From Candidatus Thorarchaeota archaeon (lineage in GTDB: Archaea; Asgardarchaeota; Thorarchaeia; Thorarchaeales; Thorarchaeaceae), in contig JAGSHN010000020.1 of assembly GCA_029855935.1 (NCBI GenBank), positions 88,471 to 152,470 on the forward strand: a DNA stretch of 64,000 bases, read 5' to 3'. The notes below the pieces were generated by a model. It ran no database searches. It was not told the DNA's origin and saw only the letters and a program-made list of their open reading frames with translations. Positions 1 to 9,395 of the stretch are shown here, one piece after another; the first letter of the stretch is position 1; the number at the start of each line of letters is the position of its first letter. A program made the position numbers and the translations under genes.

Positions 1-310
1 GACCTAGAGGCAACTCTGCGCCCAGACTCCTGTCAACTAGGGTATCTGAACTCGGCAACGGCATATGGAGAGAGTACCGTTGCAGCCAATCAAATCCTGC
101 GGTTGCTGGCTAGCCCCATCCTCAGACTGAGCCTCTTCGAAACGCACAGTAAGCCTTCCAAGCCGATGAACGTGCCAGCCAAGTGCAGTCCGTACCCACC
201 CATCCAAGCACTCCGTTTCAAGAATAGAACCCTTCTCTTAATCCTCTCTAGACCATAGAAACAATCGACTCAAAGTATCAAGAAACAGTCCACTTTATAT
301 AACTCCCGGA

Positions 311-1495
311 GTGCCAATGGATTGGTGCCGGAACTTGTTGGCAACGAGGAACATGGATATCCCGGTCAGTCAAATACGGCTGATCTTCAACAAGACAATT
401 GGCAGAAGGGACATCATCAACCTCACGGCGGGAATACCGGACTTTGACACACCGGACCACATCAAGAGAGCGGCGAAACGGGCAATAGAAGAGGGCTTCA
501 CACGCTACACGCACAATGCAGGCTACATCGAGACGCGAGAGGCAGTGGCGGAAAAACTGAGGCGCGACAACGGCATCGGTGCCAATCCCGAAACCGAGAT
601 AATGATGGTCGCTGGTGGGATGGGCGGCCTTCTCCTCGCCAACATGGTCTTGGTCAACCCTGGCGACGAGGTGATTGTACCAGACCCGGGCTTCGTGAGC
701 CACCCCGCCCACGCTGCCATTGCAGGTGCCAAGTCTGTCCCTGTGCGCCTCCGCAAGGAGAACAACTTTGGCCTTCTGGCCAGGGATGTGGAGGCCGCTG
801 TGACAAGAAAGACCAAGCTACTCATTCTCAACAGCCCAAACAACCCGACTGGCGGGATCACATCGGACAGGGAGACACGGAAGATTGTCGATCTTGCCCT
901 TCAGCACGACTTTTACATAGTCTCCGATGAGGCGTACGAACAGTTCTACTATACCGACCACAAGCCGCTCCTTCCGGGTAGCATCGAGGAGGCGCGGGAC
1001 CACGTCGTCTCAATCTTCTCGTTGTCCAAGACCTATGCAATGACCGGGTGGCGTATCGGAGCGGTTGTCGGACCTGCCGACATCATCCGTGCGATGGTCA
1101 AGCTCCAAGAACACTTCATAGCAATGCCAACCTCAATATCGCAGAAGGCAGCGGAGGCCGCTCTCACGGGTCCGCAGGACTGCGTCGAGATGATGCGACG
1201 TTCGTTCAGAGAGCGCAGGAGCCTGATAGTGGAAGGCCTTCAGAAGATAGAGGGAATGGAGGTCGCGGCACCCTCTGGTGCCTTCTATGTGTTCCCTGAC
1301 GTCTCGGCCTACGGGATGAGATCATACGACCTTGTGATGAAGATGCTCAATGAGATTGGAGTGGCCACTGTTCACGGCTCGGCTTTTGGAGCTGGTGGGG
1401 AGGGGTTCATCAGGATATGCTACGCTGTGTCCAAGCGACGAATACTGAGAGCACTCAAGCTCATGTCAGACTACCTGCCACAGCTCCTCAGATGA
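311..1495 (+). CDS. PLP-dependent aminotransferase class I/II (aspartate aminotransferase-like)
   Basis: Motifs G-x-PDF, NSPNNPTG, SDEAY and SLSKTYAMTGWRIG (PLP lysine). TATA-like TTTATATAA lies at about 294-302. The true start may be 317 or 353. Confidence 0.92.
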   Translation: MPMDWCRNLLATRNMDIPVSQIRLIFNKTIGRRDIINLTAGIPDFDTPDHIKRAAKRAIEEGFTRYTHNAGYIETREAVAEKLRRDNGIGANPETEIMMVAGGMGGLLLANMVLVNPGDEVIVPDPGFVSHPAHAAIAGAKSVPVRLRKENNFGLLARDVEAAVTRKTKLLILNSPNNPTGGITSDRETRKIVDLALQHDFYIVSDEAYEQFYYTDHKPLLPGSIEEARDHVVSIFSLSKTYAMTGWRIGAVVGPADIIRAMVKLQEHFIAMPTSISQKAAEAALTGPQDCVEMMRRSFRERRSLIVEGLQKIEGMEVAAPSGAFYVFPDVSAYGMRSYDLVMKMLNEIGVATVHGSAFGAGGEGFIRICYAVSKRRILRALKLMSDYLPQLLR

Positions 1496-1574
1496 CGCGG
1501 GACCCGGCTATGCGGCAGATCTGACATAGGCGCAGTCATCAGCTCTCGACAGTCTAGGATTCAGAGCGTGATGG

Positions 1575-2570
1575 ATGGGACAAGACATAGTGAGATTCGG
1601 AGAGGTCGTGCTGTGACTGTCACCGCCGAACTTTGTGCGTATCTCACAGACATACTCCTTCGATGCCCACGCCGGCGGCGCGGACATGGGTGCTACCATC
1701 GCCTGCGCCCGCCTAGGACTGAGTGTGGCCCGTGTCACTAAAGTGGACGACAACTCGATAGGACATTTTCTGAGGAATCAGGCGCGACTGCTCGGCGTGG
1801 ACACGTCTCACATTATGTGGGATTGCGATAGCAGATGCGGAGTCTACTTCTTTGAGTTTGGAGCGGCTCCAAGGACTAACCGCGTCATCTATGGCAGGAA
1901 GGACTCAGCGATCAGCAAGCTAAGGCCAGGCGAGATACTTTGGCGGGAGTTCCTCAAGGAGACAAAGGTGTTCCACACAAGCGGGATCACGCCCGCACTG
2001 AGTCCCAACTGCGCCGAGGCGACCATGGAGGCTCTCAAGACTGCCAAGGAAATGGGCTGCAAGGTCTCATGTGACGTGAACTACAGGGGCAAGCTCTGGA
2101 GTCCTGAGGAGGCAAGAGCATTCACGGAACCAGCCTCTGAGTATATCGACATCCTGATCACGACAGAGGAAGACACCAAGGTCATCTACGGTATCGAGGG
2201 TGAGAGCTACGAGGATGTGGCGAGGTAACTAACCGACAAGTTCGGATTCGAAATCGTTGTGATCACCCTTCGCGAAACACCCTCGGTGTGGCACAACAGA
2301 TGGTCCGTCTTCGCCTATAGCGACGGAGAGGTGTACCGGAGCCCTGGCTATGACACCGAGTTCGTGGACCGCCTCGGTGGGGATGACTCTTGCAGTGCGG
2401 GGTTCCTGTACGGCTATCTCAAGTATGGCGACCTGCAGAAGGCTGTCGAGTTTGGTGCTGCCTTCTCGGCATTGAAACACTCGATACCGGGCGACCTCGC
2501 CTTCATCTACAAGTCCGAGGCAGAGAAGCTGATGAAGGGCCGCGAACGCGGGCTCCGGATAGAGTGGTGA
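1575..2570 (+). pseudogene. kdgK: 2-keto-3-deoxygluconate kinase (PfkB family), interrupted by two in-frame stops
   Basis: ATG at 1575 reads MGQDIVRFGEVVL*LSPP, with TGA at 1614-1616 where GExxLRLSPP has Arg. TAA at 2226-2228. ORFs 1635-2228 and 2259-2570 are in the same frame. Motifs SGITPAL, DVNYRGKLW, a degenerate DRLGGDDS (vs DRVGxGD) and LKHSIPGD. Confidence 0.85.
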
Positions 2571-2576
2571 TCACAA

Positions 2577-3234
2577 TGAGTGGCTGGAAGAAATCGGATG
2601 CTATGGACCTGATCGACAGGACCGCACTGATACCAATCATACGCGTCGACGACCCTGAGACTGCGGTCAAGGTTGCTGAGGCCTTTGTGGAGGGAGGCGT
2701 GAACATTGTCGAGGTGACCTTCAGCGTCCCTGGTGCAATTGGGGTGGTGAAGACGCTGACTGAGCGACTGGGCGAAGACGTCCTCATTGGAACTGGCACC
2801 GTTCTCGATGATGCTACGGCGCGACAGGCAATACTGGCAGGCGCCCAGTTCATCGTGAGCCCAGTCTACTCTCGCGGACTCATTGAGATGTGCAGAAGAT
2901 ATGACCGGCCGTGCTTCCCGGGCGCTATGACACCCACCGATATCCTTGAGGCCTATACTATGGGCGCCGACGCGGTGAAGGTGTTTCCCTGCGGCAGCCT
3001 CGGGGGCGCCGCGTACATCAAGGCCGTGAGAGCACCCCTGCCTCAGAATGACCTAGTCCCCACTGGGGGCGTGAACCTCAAGACCGCTGGACCGCTGCTC
3101 AAGGCCTGTGCTTTCGCTCTTGGCGCGGGAGCGCAATCACCGATAGGAAGGCCATCTCAGAGGGTCGTTTCGAAGTCATCACTGAGAGTGTGCGAAAGTT
3201 TATGGAAGTGGCTCGAAGGTATCGCGGCAGGTAG
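2577..3234 (+). pseudogene. eda: KDPG/KHG aldolase with a frameshift near the 3' end
   Basis: Motifs IPIIR, VEVTF, IGTGTVLD, GAQFIVSP, TPTD, VKVFP and PTGGVN. After ALGAG (about 3128) the homologous helix SAITDRKAISEGRFEVITESVRKFMEVARRYRGR* continues in another frame to TAG 3232-3234. Confidence 0.8.
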
Positions 3235-3235
3235 A

Positions 3236-4069
3236 CTACAGCCTCTCCGTTATCCAGTTGACGGCATCCTGCATCACAACTTCGCCCCCTTCCTCGTCGA
3301 AGGGCTCGTGATAGAGGCCCTCATATGAGCGCCACGTCTTGTCCGCCGATGCGAGATTGTCGTAGAACTTCCTTGTCACCTCCGGGACGACGATGAGGTC
3401 CTCCTCCGACTGCTGAACGAGGACGGGAATCGCGATGGTAGGCGCTGCGGCCCTAGCTCGCGACGTTGAGGCAAAGCCCTCGGCAGCAAACCGGGCAGTG
3501 ACGAAGTCGTATCTCAACGGATCCTCCTGATTGCGTCTCACCGTTTCTGGATCTTTCGAGATGAGCGAGAGGTCCAGTCCGTTGGCGATTGGCCTCTTGA
3601 CATTGATTGCCGACATCAACCTGACGAGTGCCCGAAGGACCCTGCTCACCTTCAACCTCTCACTCAGGCCCGGGTTGACGACTATCATACCGTCGAGCCT
3701 GTCCTGATGTTGTTCAGCATAGAGAACGCTTAGCAATCCGCCAAAGGAATGGCCCCATAGGAAAAGCTTCATTCCCGGATGGTGCTCTCGGATCCTGTCG
3801 ACAAGTGCGTCGATGTCGTAGACGAATTCTTGGATACTCTCTACGTGACCCTTTATGCCATCGTATCTACCAAACGCACGGAGGTCCGGCACATAGACAA
3901 CAAGGCCAGCCTCAGCAAAAGACCTCGGCGGAGTGATCAGCAGACCGCTGTGTGCGCCAAGCCCGTGGATGCACAGCACAACACCCCGGGGCTCGCCATC
4001 GGGGTGATACAGCTTCAGAAACATCTTCTTTCCGTCGTAGCCGACGTACTCGCTCTCTTCCTCTCTCAT
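3236..4069 (-). CDS. alpha/beta hydrolase, lysophospholipase/monoacylglycerol lipase family
   Basis: HGLGAH, nucleophile elbow GHSFGG and catalytic His in YHEPF. Start placed at MREEESEY. Confidence 0.88.
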   Translation of the reverse strand: MREEESEYVGYDGKKMFLKLYHPDGEPRGVVLCIHGLGAHSGLLITPPRSFAEAGLVVYVPDLRAFGRYDGIKGHVESIQEFVYDIDALVDRIREHHPGMKLFLWGHSFGGLLSVLYAEQHQDRLDGMIVVNPGLSERLKVSRVLRALVRLMSAINVKRPIANGLDLSLISKDPETVRRNQEDPLRYDFVTARFAAEGFASTSRARAAAPTIAIPVLVQQSEEDLIVVPEVTRKFYDNLASADKTWRSYEGLYHEPFDEEGGEVVMQDAVNWITERL

Positions 4070-4280
4070 TGGAATCGGCCTCGTGACAAGGAAGACATTG
4101 ATACTTGCATTCTCGTTTCCTTGGTGGGATAAAAAGGATTGCCAGTCACATACCGAAGCTCCTAGTGGTACCAGCAGGGAGCATGTCACAACTCAGGTTT
4201 CACCACAGCCTCTTCCCAGTAGCGGGACGAAGAGTCCCACACGGTGAACCGGCAAGTCTCTCGTGCAACGGGAGTCAATA

Positions 4281-4323
4281 TTTATAAGCGCACTTATATA
4301 CGACCGAGTAGTCCTATATAAAG
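4281..4323. promoter_or_regulatory. Cluster of TATA-like boxes between the divergent hydrolase and tbp genes
   Basis: TTTATAAG at 4281, CTTATATA at 4293 and CTATATAAA at 4314. TATAAG/CTTATA form an inverted pair. Confidence 0.5.
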
Positions 4324-4339
4324 GGGCAGGAGGAGCACT

Positions 4340-4945
4340 ATGCCTCGACCAAAACCGAAGACGAAGATAGAGAATGTGGTAGCATCAGTCATTCTGAACC
4401 AGCGGCTTGACCTCGATGAGATTGCCGCAACAATGCCCAACGTGGAGTTTGACCCCGAACAATTCCCGGGCCTGGTGTACAGGCTCAAGAAGCCGAAGAC
4501 GGCCACACTGATCTTCAACAGTGGCAAGATGGTCTGCACGGGAGCAAAATCGGAGAAAGAGGCCCGACGCGCCGTACACAAGATAGTCAAGAACATTCGT
4601 GAGGCTGGAATTGAGATCACGGGAAAGCCGATCATAGTGGTACAGAACATAGTGGCGAGTGCCAGCCTCGGTGCAGAGCTGAACCTCGAGCTGGCCGCGA
4701 TGAAGCTGGAGAACACTCTCTATGAGCCCGAGCAGTTCCCGGGTCTTATATATAGAATGCGTGACCCGAAGGTGGTCATCCTGCTCTTCGGCTCCGGCAA
4801 GCTTGTCATCACGGGAGCCAAGTTCGAGTCGCAGATCGATGAGGCCGCCGAGAAGGTCATGGACAGGCTCATAGAGCTCGGAGTGATGCGAATCCCGGAG
4901 GGCGAGGACTGGAGTATAGAAGAAGAGGAGGAAGAGGAGGAATAG
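4340..4945 (+). CDS. tbp: TATA-box-binding protein
   Basis: Two direct repeats (ENVVAS..PEQFPGLVYR..LIFNSGKMVCTGAK and QNIVAS..EPEQFPGLIYR..LLFGSGKLVITGAK), an acidic C-terminal tail and a GGAGGAG RBS. Confidence 0.98.
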   Translation: MPRPKPKTKIENVVASVILNQRLDLDEIAATMPNVEFDPEQFPGLVYRLKKPKTATLIFNSGKMVCTGAKSEKEARRAVHKIVKNIREAGIEITGKPIIVVQNIVASASLGAELNLELAAMKLENTLYEPEQFPGLIYRMRDPKVVILLFGSGKLVITGAKFESQIDEAAEKVMDRLIELGVMRIPEGEDWSIEEEEEEEE

Positions 4946-5031
4946 CACAGACTCTCCTCAAAGCTGGGAGATGGCCGGCCTACAGACCGGCCACTCTCAA
5001 CCCAACGCGTCAAATCTAATCTCATTCTCCC

Positions 5032-6192
5032 TCAGAATATCTCGAAACCAAGTGGTGGTATTGACAGAATCAGCACCACCATGGCCACTATGAACAGCAC
5101 GACACGGAGCGGGTTAACAGGAACCGTGTCGTTCAGCGGGCCTGGATGCTCCATTCCTCGCGATAGCAGCAAGACCAGCACGGCCATCATGAAATAGCCA
5201 GCGAGAGCCATTACTATCACCGCCGCCCAGCCGATGTACTTGTGCGTCCTCGAACTGACAAGGGCTCTGAGGGCATGACCACCGTCAAGCTGGCTGGTGG
5301 GGAACAGGTTGAGCGCCGTGACAAGGCATCCCACCCATCCGGCAAATGCCACAGGGTGCAGGAATAGGGTGCCGCCAGGCGGAATCCGACCGCCGAATAG
5401 CTGTTCGTAGAGGATGAAGATGAACGGCACTGGAAGTGAGCCAGTCATATTCGGGAATGCTGCGTCAATGGCCTCAAGCTGATCTGCAGTGACGGGGACT
5501 GACAAGAGGAACCCCACATACAGCACGACCAGGGTGACAGCAAAGCCCGCAAAGGGACCAGCCACACCGAGGTCAAACAGGTCTCTCCTGGCACGGGGAG
5601 GACTCTTCTGCTGGATGAACGCTCCGAAGGTGCCACCGATAGAGGGCAGGCCGGGGATAAAGTACGGAGGAGTGGCCTCGATATGTCGTTTCTTTGCCAT
5701 CGTGTAGTGGCCCATCTCGTGCGTCGCAATGATCCCCATCAGAGAGAGAATGAAGATCCCGGTCACAAAGATGATGTCCCAGACCGTCCAGCCACCGGGA
5801 TAGAAGAGCGTTAGAAATACCGGGCTTATTGCCTGAAGGAACCCGCCCAAAGCAATGGTCGCAAGCGTTGCAACGAAGAGTGCGTAGTTTATTCGTATGT
5901 CAGACTTGCCCTCTCGCTGGATTGGAACAAAACGTACCACATACGTTCCGGCACGGCGGTCGTGCCACCGCACGATAGGCCAGACCCGAAGCTGCTCGGC
6001 CGCAGCATCGAGCTCGGAGAAGACCCACTCCTGCTCCTCTCGGCGGGGTATCACGCCGTCAGGCCATCTGAAGAGGAACACAGGCTGGCCGAACTCCAGC
6101 GCGCTGGCCAGCACCTCGAAATGACGTGAGAGAACGTTATTGAGCTCCGTGAATGTCGGGTAGCTCAGTACCCGTCCACTGTAATCATCCAT
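5032..6192 (-). CDS. Site-2 protease family intramembrane metalloprotease (M50)
   Basis: HEMGH zinc motif, AGP, NLFPxxQLDGG and multiple TM segments. Confidence 0.93.
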   Translation of the reverse strand: MDDYSGRVLSYPTFTELNNVLSRHFEVLASALEFGQPVFLFRWPDGVIPRREEQEWVFSELDAAAEQLRVWPIVRWHDRRAGTYVVRFVPIQREGKSDIRINYALFVATLATIALGGFLQAISPVFLTLFYPGGWTVWDIIFVTGIFILSLMGIIATHEMGHYTMAKKRHIEATPPYFIPGLPSIGGTFGAFIQQKSPPRARRDLFDLGVAGPFAGFAVTLVVLYVGFLLSVPVTADQLEAIDAAFPNMTGSLPVPFIFILYEQLFGGRIPPGGTLFLHPVAFAGWVGCLVTALNLFPTSQLDGGHALRALVSSRTHKYIGWAAVIVMALAGYFMMAVLVLLLSRGMEHPGPLNDTVPVNPLRVVLFIVAMVVLILSIPPLGFEIF

Positions 6193-6274
6193 AGCCAACC
6201 GTACTTGCCTCCGCCTTGAGCGGCAGACTTGCCTGCGCGCCTCTGCCTATAAGAATAATGCAGCAGGCAGAGCC

Positions 6275-8191
6275 CTACAACTCCAGCCGAGAGACTGTAC
6301 AGAACGTCTCATGGATTGTCTCCAAGAGGTCACCAGTCCCGTCGCAGCCCCCGACCAGAGTGACGGGAACACCAAGCTCCCGAAGCTGCTCCGCGAGTCT
6401 GCGGTCGGACTGGGGCGCTGTGGCCACAACAATCACATCGGCCGGAAGTATCGTTGTCTCTCCCTCAAGTTCGACCACCACGTTATTGAAGGAAACCTGT
6501 ACGACCGTGGCCTCTGTGTGCATCTTGACGCCTCGTTCGCGAAGCATCTTCAGAACAACCCATCTTGTCGAACGCCCCAGTCCAGCTCCAATCGCGCTAC
6601 CTCGTTCGACGATTGTCACATCTTGAGAGAACTGTGTGGCTCTCAGCGCGGCGTAGCACCCCAGCACCATTCCCCCGACAACGACAACGCGGTCCGCAAG
6701 TCCAACACCATATTCCATCACGTGCTGCGCAGACACAACGGTCGGGGACTCTACACCATCAACAGATGGTGCTGCGTCAATCGCTCCCATCGCACAGATG
6801 ACGTGGTCGAAACCCTCATTCCTCAGCATCTCCGCTGTCGCGTGCACTCCCAGCCTGAGGTCAACACTCAGACGCCGCAGCTCTCGCATCATATACGTGA
6901 CATACGAGGCGAACTCACCACGGCCGGGTGCCCGTGCTGCAAGCCTCAGTCCACCCCCCAAGATGGGTCGACGCTCGTAGAGAACAACCTCAACTCCTCT
7001 CAGAGCAAGAACTCTTGCGGCCTCCATTCCCGCGGGACCGCCGCCCACAACGGCAACCCGTCCCTCTGCCGGGGGACCGACACGTCGCTCACTCTCAAAA
7101 CCAGCCAGAGGGTTGATGGCACATGTGACGGCGCCAAGTGAGAACACACGGTCGAGGCAGCCCTGATTGCAACCCACGCAATAGCGGATCTCGTCCTCAC
7201 GGCCCTCTCGAATCTTGCCGACCACCTCAGGGTCTGCGATGAAGGCGCGAGCCATCCCTATGAGATGGACCCGTCCCCTATCAAGGATCCTCTGCGCCAC
7301 CGTCGGGCTGTTGATTCTGTTGCACGCTATGACCGGCACATCAACGACCTCTGAGATGCCCTCCGCCAAGTACGCGTAGTGACCGCGTGGGACATCCATC
7401 GTTATCTGCGGTACCCGGGACTCGTGCCACCCCCCGGTGACGTCGAAGCAGTCCACACCAGCCTCTTCAAACATCGGAGCAAGGCGCTTGTTGTCCTCGA
7501 GTGTGAGCCCACCCTCGACGAAGTCCTCCCCGCTCATTCGATACAGGACGGGGAGAGAAGGACCCACCGCGCGCCTGACTGCCTCGATCACCTCAAGAGG
7601 AAACCTTGCTCTGTTCTCAATGGGACCTCCGTAGTCGTCGGTACGCCTGTTTGTGCAGGGCGCGAGGAACTGATTGATGAGGTATCCGGCCGAACCAATG
7701 ATCTCAACGGCATCGAACCCGGCCCTCTTGGCGCGTGCAGCCGCGTGACCGAAGTTCTCCACCGTCCTGTGAATCTCTTCCACCGACAGAGGTCGCGGCG
7801 TCTCACGTGTCAGCCTGCTTGGGACATCGGAGGCAGATACTGGTTGCTCGCCAATCACGAGAGAGTGAGCGTATCTTCCCGCGTGATACAGCTGCGCCGC
7901 CACAGGGACCCCGTACTTGTGAATCACGTCGACTAGTCTCGCGAGGCCCTCTACGTGCTCGTCACGTGAGATTCCAATCATCGTGGGCAGACTCATCCCC
8001 AGACGCTCGGTGTAGCATCCGCCCACTATGATGAGCCCTGGTCTGTGGGCGGCCCTGGCCCTGTAGAACTCAACAAGCTTGTCAGAGATGAACCCGTCCT
8101 CACAATAGCCCAAGTGAGTCGCGGTCATGACTATTCTATTGTTGAGATGCAGAGCCCCTATTGACGCAGGGTCCATAAGCCTTGGCGACAC
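6275..8191 (-). CDS. NADH:flavin oxidoreductase / 2,4-dienoyl-CoA reductase (FadH-like)
   Basis: OYE barrel (QLYHAGR, GYLINQF, NRRTDDYGG..NRARF), Fe-S motif CVGCNQGC...C and GGGPAG Rossmann fold. Start probably GTG 8191. Confidence 0.9.
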   Translation of the reverse strand: MSPRLMDPASIGALHLNNRIVMTATHLGYCEDGFISDKLVEFYRARAAHRPGLIIVGGCYTERLGMSLPTMIGISRDEHVEGLARLVDVIHKYGVPVAAQLYHAGRYAHSLVIGEQPVSASDVPSRLTRETPRPLSVEEIHRTVENFGHAAARAKRAGFDAVEIIGSAGYLINQFLAPCTNRRTDDYGGPIENRARFPLEVIEAVRRAVGPSLPVLYRMSGEDFVEGGLTLEDNKRLAPMFEEAGVDCFDVTGGWHESRVPQITMDVPRGHYAYLAEGISEVVDVPVIACNRINSPTVAQRILDRGRVHLIGMARAFIADPEVVGKIREGREDEIRYCVGCNQGCLDRVFSLGAVTCAINPLAGFESERRVGPPAEGRVAVVGGGPAGMEAARVLALRGVEVVLYERRPILGGGLRLAARAPGRGEFASYVTYMMRELRRLSVDLRLGVHATAEMLRNEGFDHVICAMGAIDAAPSVDGVESPTVVSAQHVMEYGVGLADRVVVVGGMVLGCYAALRATQFSQDVTIVERGSAIGAGLGRSTRWVVLKMLRERGVKMHTEATVVQVSFNNVVVELEGETTILPADVIVVATAPQSDRRLAEQLRELGVPVTLVGGCDGTGDLLETIHETFCTVSRLEL

Positions 8192-8406
8192 GGTGATCCC
8201 CTCGGTGCGGGCGAAGAACTCGTTCAAATACCTACTGGCCAACTTGTGACTGTCAAGTCTCGGATGATTCTTATTAAGGCCAACGCGCATCGGTGTTCGC
8301 ACTGGCTCGTTTGTGACCATAGATTTGCACTCCACGCCCGTAAATTCGTCGCGTGCTCTCATACGGGCTGCTTACGGACCGGCTCGACATCTTCTACCGA
8401 GGAAAA

Positions 8407-8580
8407 ATGACCGCGATACGCAACGCATCCGACTTTCCGGACCTTCCGGACCCCCTCCCGTGGGAGGCAATGCCGGAGACCCCGGAGCCTGTGACTCCCT
8501 GGGAGGCAATGCCAGATCTTCCGGATCCTCTTCCGTGGAAGGCGATGCCGGAGACTCCAGAGCCTGTCACCCCCTGGTAG
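8407..8580 (+). CDS. 57-aa Pro/Trp-rich multi-repeat peptide (candidate precursor peptide)
   Basis: MTAIRNASDF-PDLPDPLPW-EAM-PETPEPVTPW-EAM-PDLPDPLPW-KAM-PETPEPVTPW*. The repeat copies differ at 10 synonymous sites and 1 non-synonymous site. Confidence 0.7.
   Translation: MTAIRNASDFPDLPDPLPWEAMPETPEPVTPWEAMPDLPDPLPWKAMPETPEPVTPW
8437..8577 (+). repeat. 75-bp tandem repeat (about 1.9 copies) with an internal 36-39-bp sub-repeat
   Basis: 8437-8511 aligns with 8512-8577 without gaps. Confidence 0.95.
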
Positions 8581-8591
8581 GGTGGCGCAGA

Positions 8592-8648
8592 CGGGGGGCC
8601 TCGGACCCAAAGACCTGGCACCGGGACCCCCCGCACAACTTCTCTTCC
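8592..8648 (+). terminator. Possible stem-loop and pyrimidine tract after the peptide gene
   Basis: CGGGGGG (8592-8598) pairs with CCCCCCG (8627-8633), followed by CTTCTCTTCC. Confidence 0.3.
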
Positions 8649-8730
8649 TAGACCATTCCATGCGTCGGCCTCAGCACGCAATGGACAAGATTCTTCTACA
8701 GGGCAGCCCAAGCGAGGCCCGTGTGTGTGA

Positions 8731-9189
8731 ATGAGAGTTCTGCGTACGCCATCTGAGAGCAAGGACCTCCCCATCGTGATGCGCCTGGGCGTCACCACGT
8801 GGAGGGTGCTGCTCGCGCTACTTGGAGCCCGTCGTCCTCTCGGCCCGCGCAGCCTCGCCAGGATGCTAGACCTCAGCAGTCACAGCGTGGCCCTGTACCA
8901 CCTGGAGAAGCTGATTGATGAGGGCTTGGTTGAGAAGACTTCAGATGGCGACTACAGGGTCCGACCTGATGCCCAGCTGGATTTCTTGGACGAGTTCCTG
9001 TATGTGGGATACCACGTTGTGCCGCGCGTCGTACTGTACGCCTCCTTTGTGACCGGACTGGTCCTTGCATTCGTTGTTCTTGGCTTGGCGGACTTCTCTG
9101 CTCAGACAATGTTCGTCTTCCTGATTGGAATCTCTGCCTCTGTCTTTCTGTGGTCCGAGGTGTATCGGCAGTGGAGGAGGCTCCCGTAG
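8731..9189 (+). CDS. Winged-HTH transcription regulator with two C-terminal TM helices
   Basis: ArsR-like segment LGPRSLARMLDLSSHSVALYHLEKLIDEGLVEKT..G.Y, followed by two hydrophobic segments. Confidence 0.8.
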   Translation: MRVLRTPSESKDLPIVMRLGVTTWRVLLALLGARRPLGPRSLARMLDLSSHSVALYHLEKLIDEGLVEKTSDGDYRVRPDAQLDFLDEFLYVGYHVVPRVVLYASFVTGLVLAFVVLGLADFSAQTMFVFLIGISASVFLWSEVYRQWRRLP

Positions 9190-9395
9190 GTCGCGCGAAC
9201 AGCGGTCGAGCAACTCGGGTCACCGCCCACGTTCGCAGGTCTATCACGGAGAGGTGGGTCGAAAGAGATCTGAAATTTGCTGGTCTAGGATGTAGACCGG
9301 TGGGGCCTCCACGGGTGTGACCAGACTGCCGGTAACCCGCGAGCTGGTCTAAAATCTAGATTGAATAGTGTTTCATCGTTGATGAGTGACGATGA

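Noticed and set aside
1-300. CDS or RNA gene at the left edge
   Set aside because: The minus-strand frames checked are interrupted by stops and no recognisable motif or tRNA fold was seen.
1614-2228. Stop-codon readthrough (Sec/Pyl or an alternative genetic code) in kdgK
   Set aside because: The TGA replaces a conserved Arg, the second stop is TAA, the neighbouring eda is frameshifted, and TGA/TAA end normal genes throughout the window.
2390-3328. 312-aa ORF as listed in the ORF track
   Set aside because: Its N-terminus overlaps kdgK out of frame, and its C-terminus is a frameshift read-through into the convergent hydrolase gene.
8437-8577. Repeat as a mini-CRISPR array or non-coding VNTR
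   Set aside because: There are no unique spacers or cas genes. The unit length is a multiple of 3 and the changes are almost all synonymous.
8394-8798. Antisense 134-aa Gly/Ser-repeat ORF as the real gene
   Set aside because: It overlaps the wHTH gene head-on and has no convincing start. The + frame is bounded by an ATG and a stop right after the last repeat. Not fully excluded.
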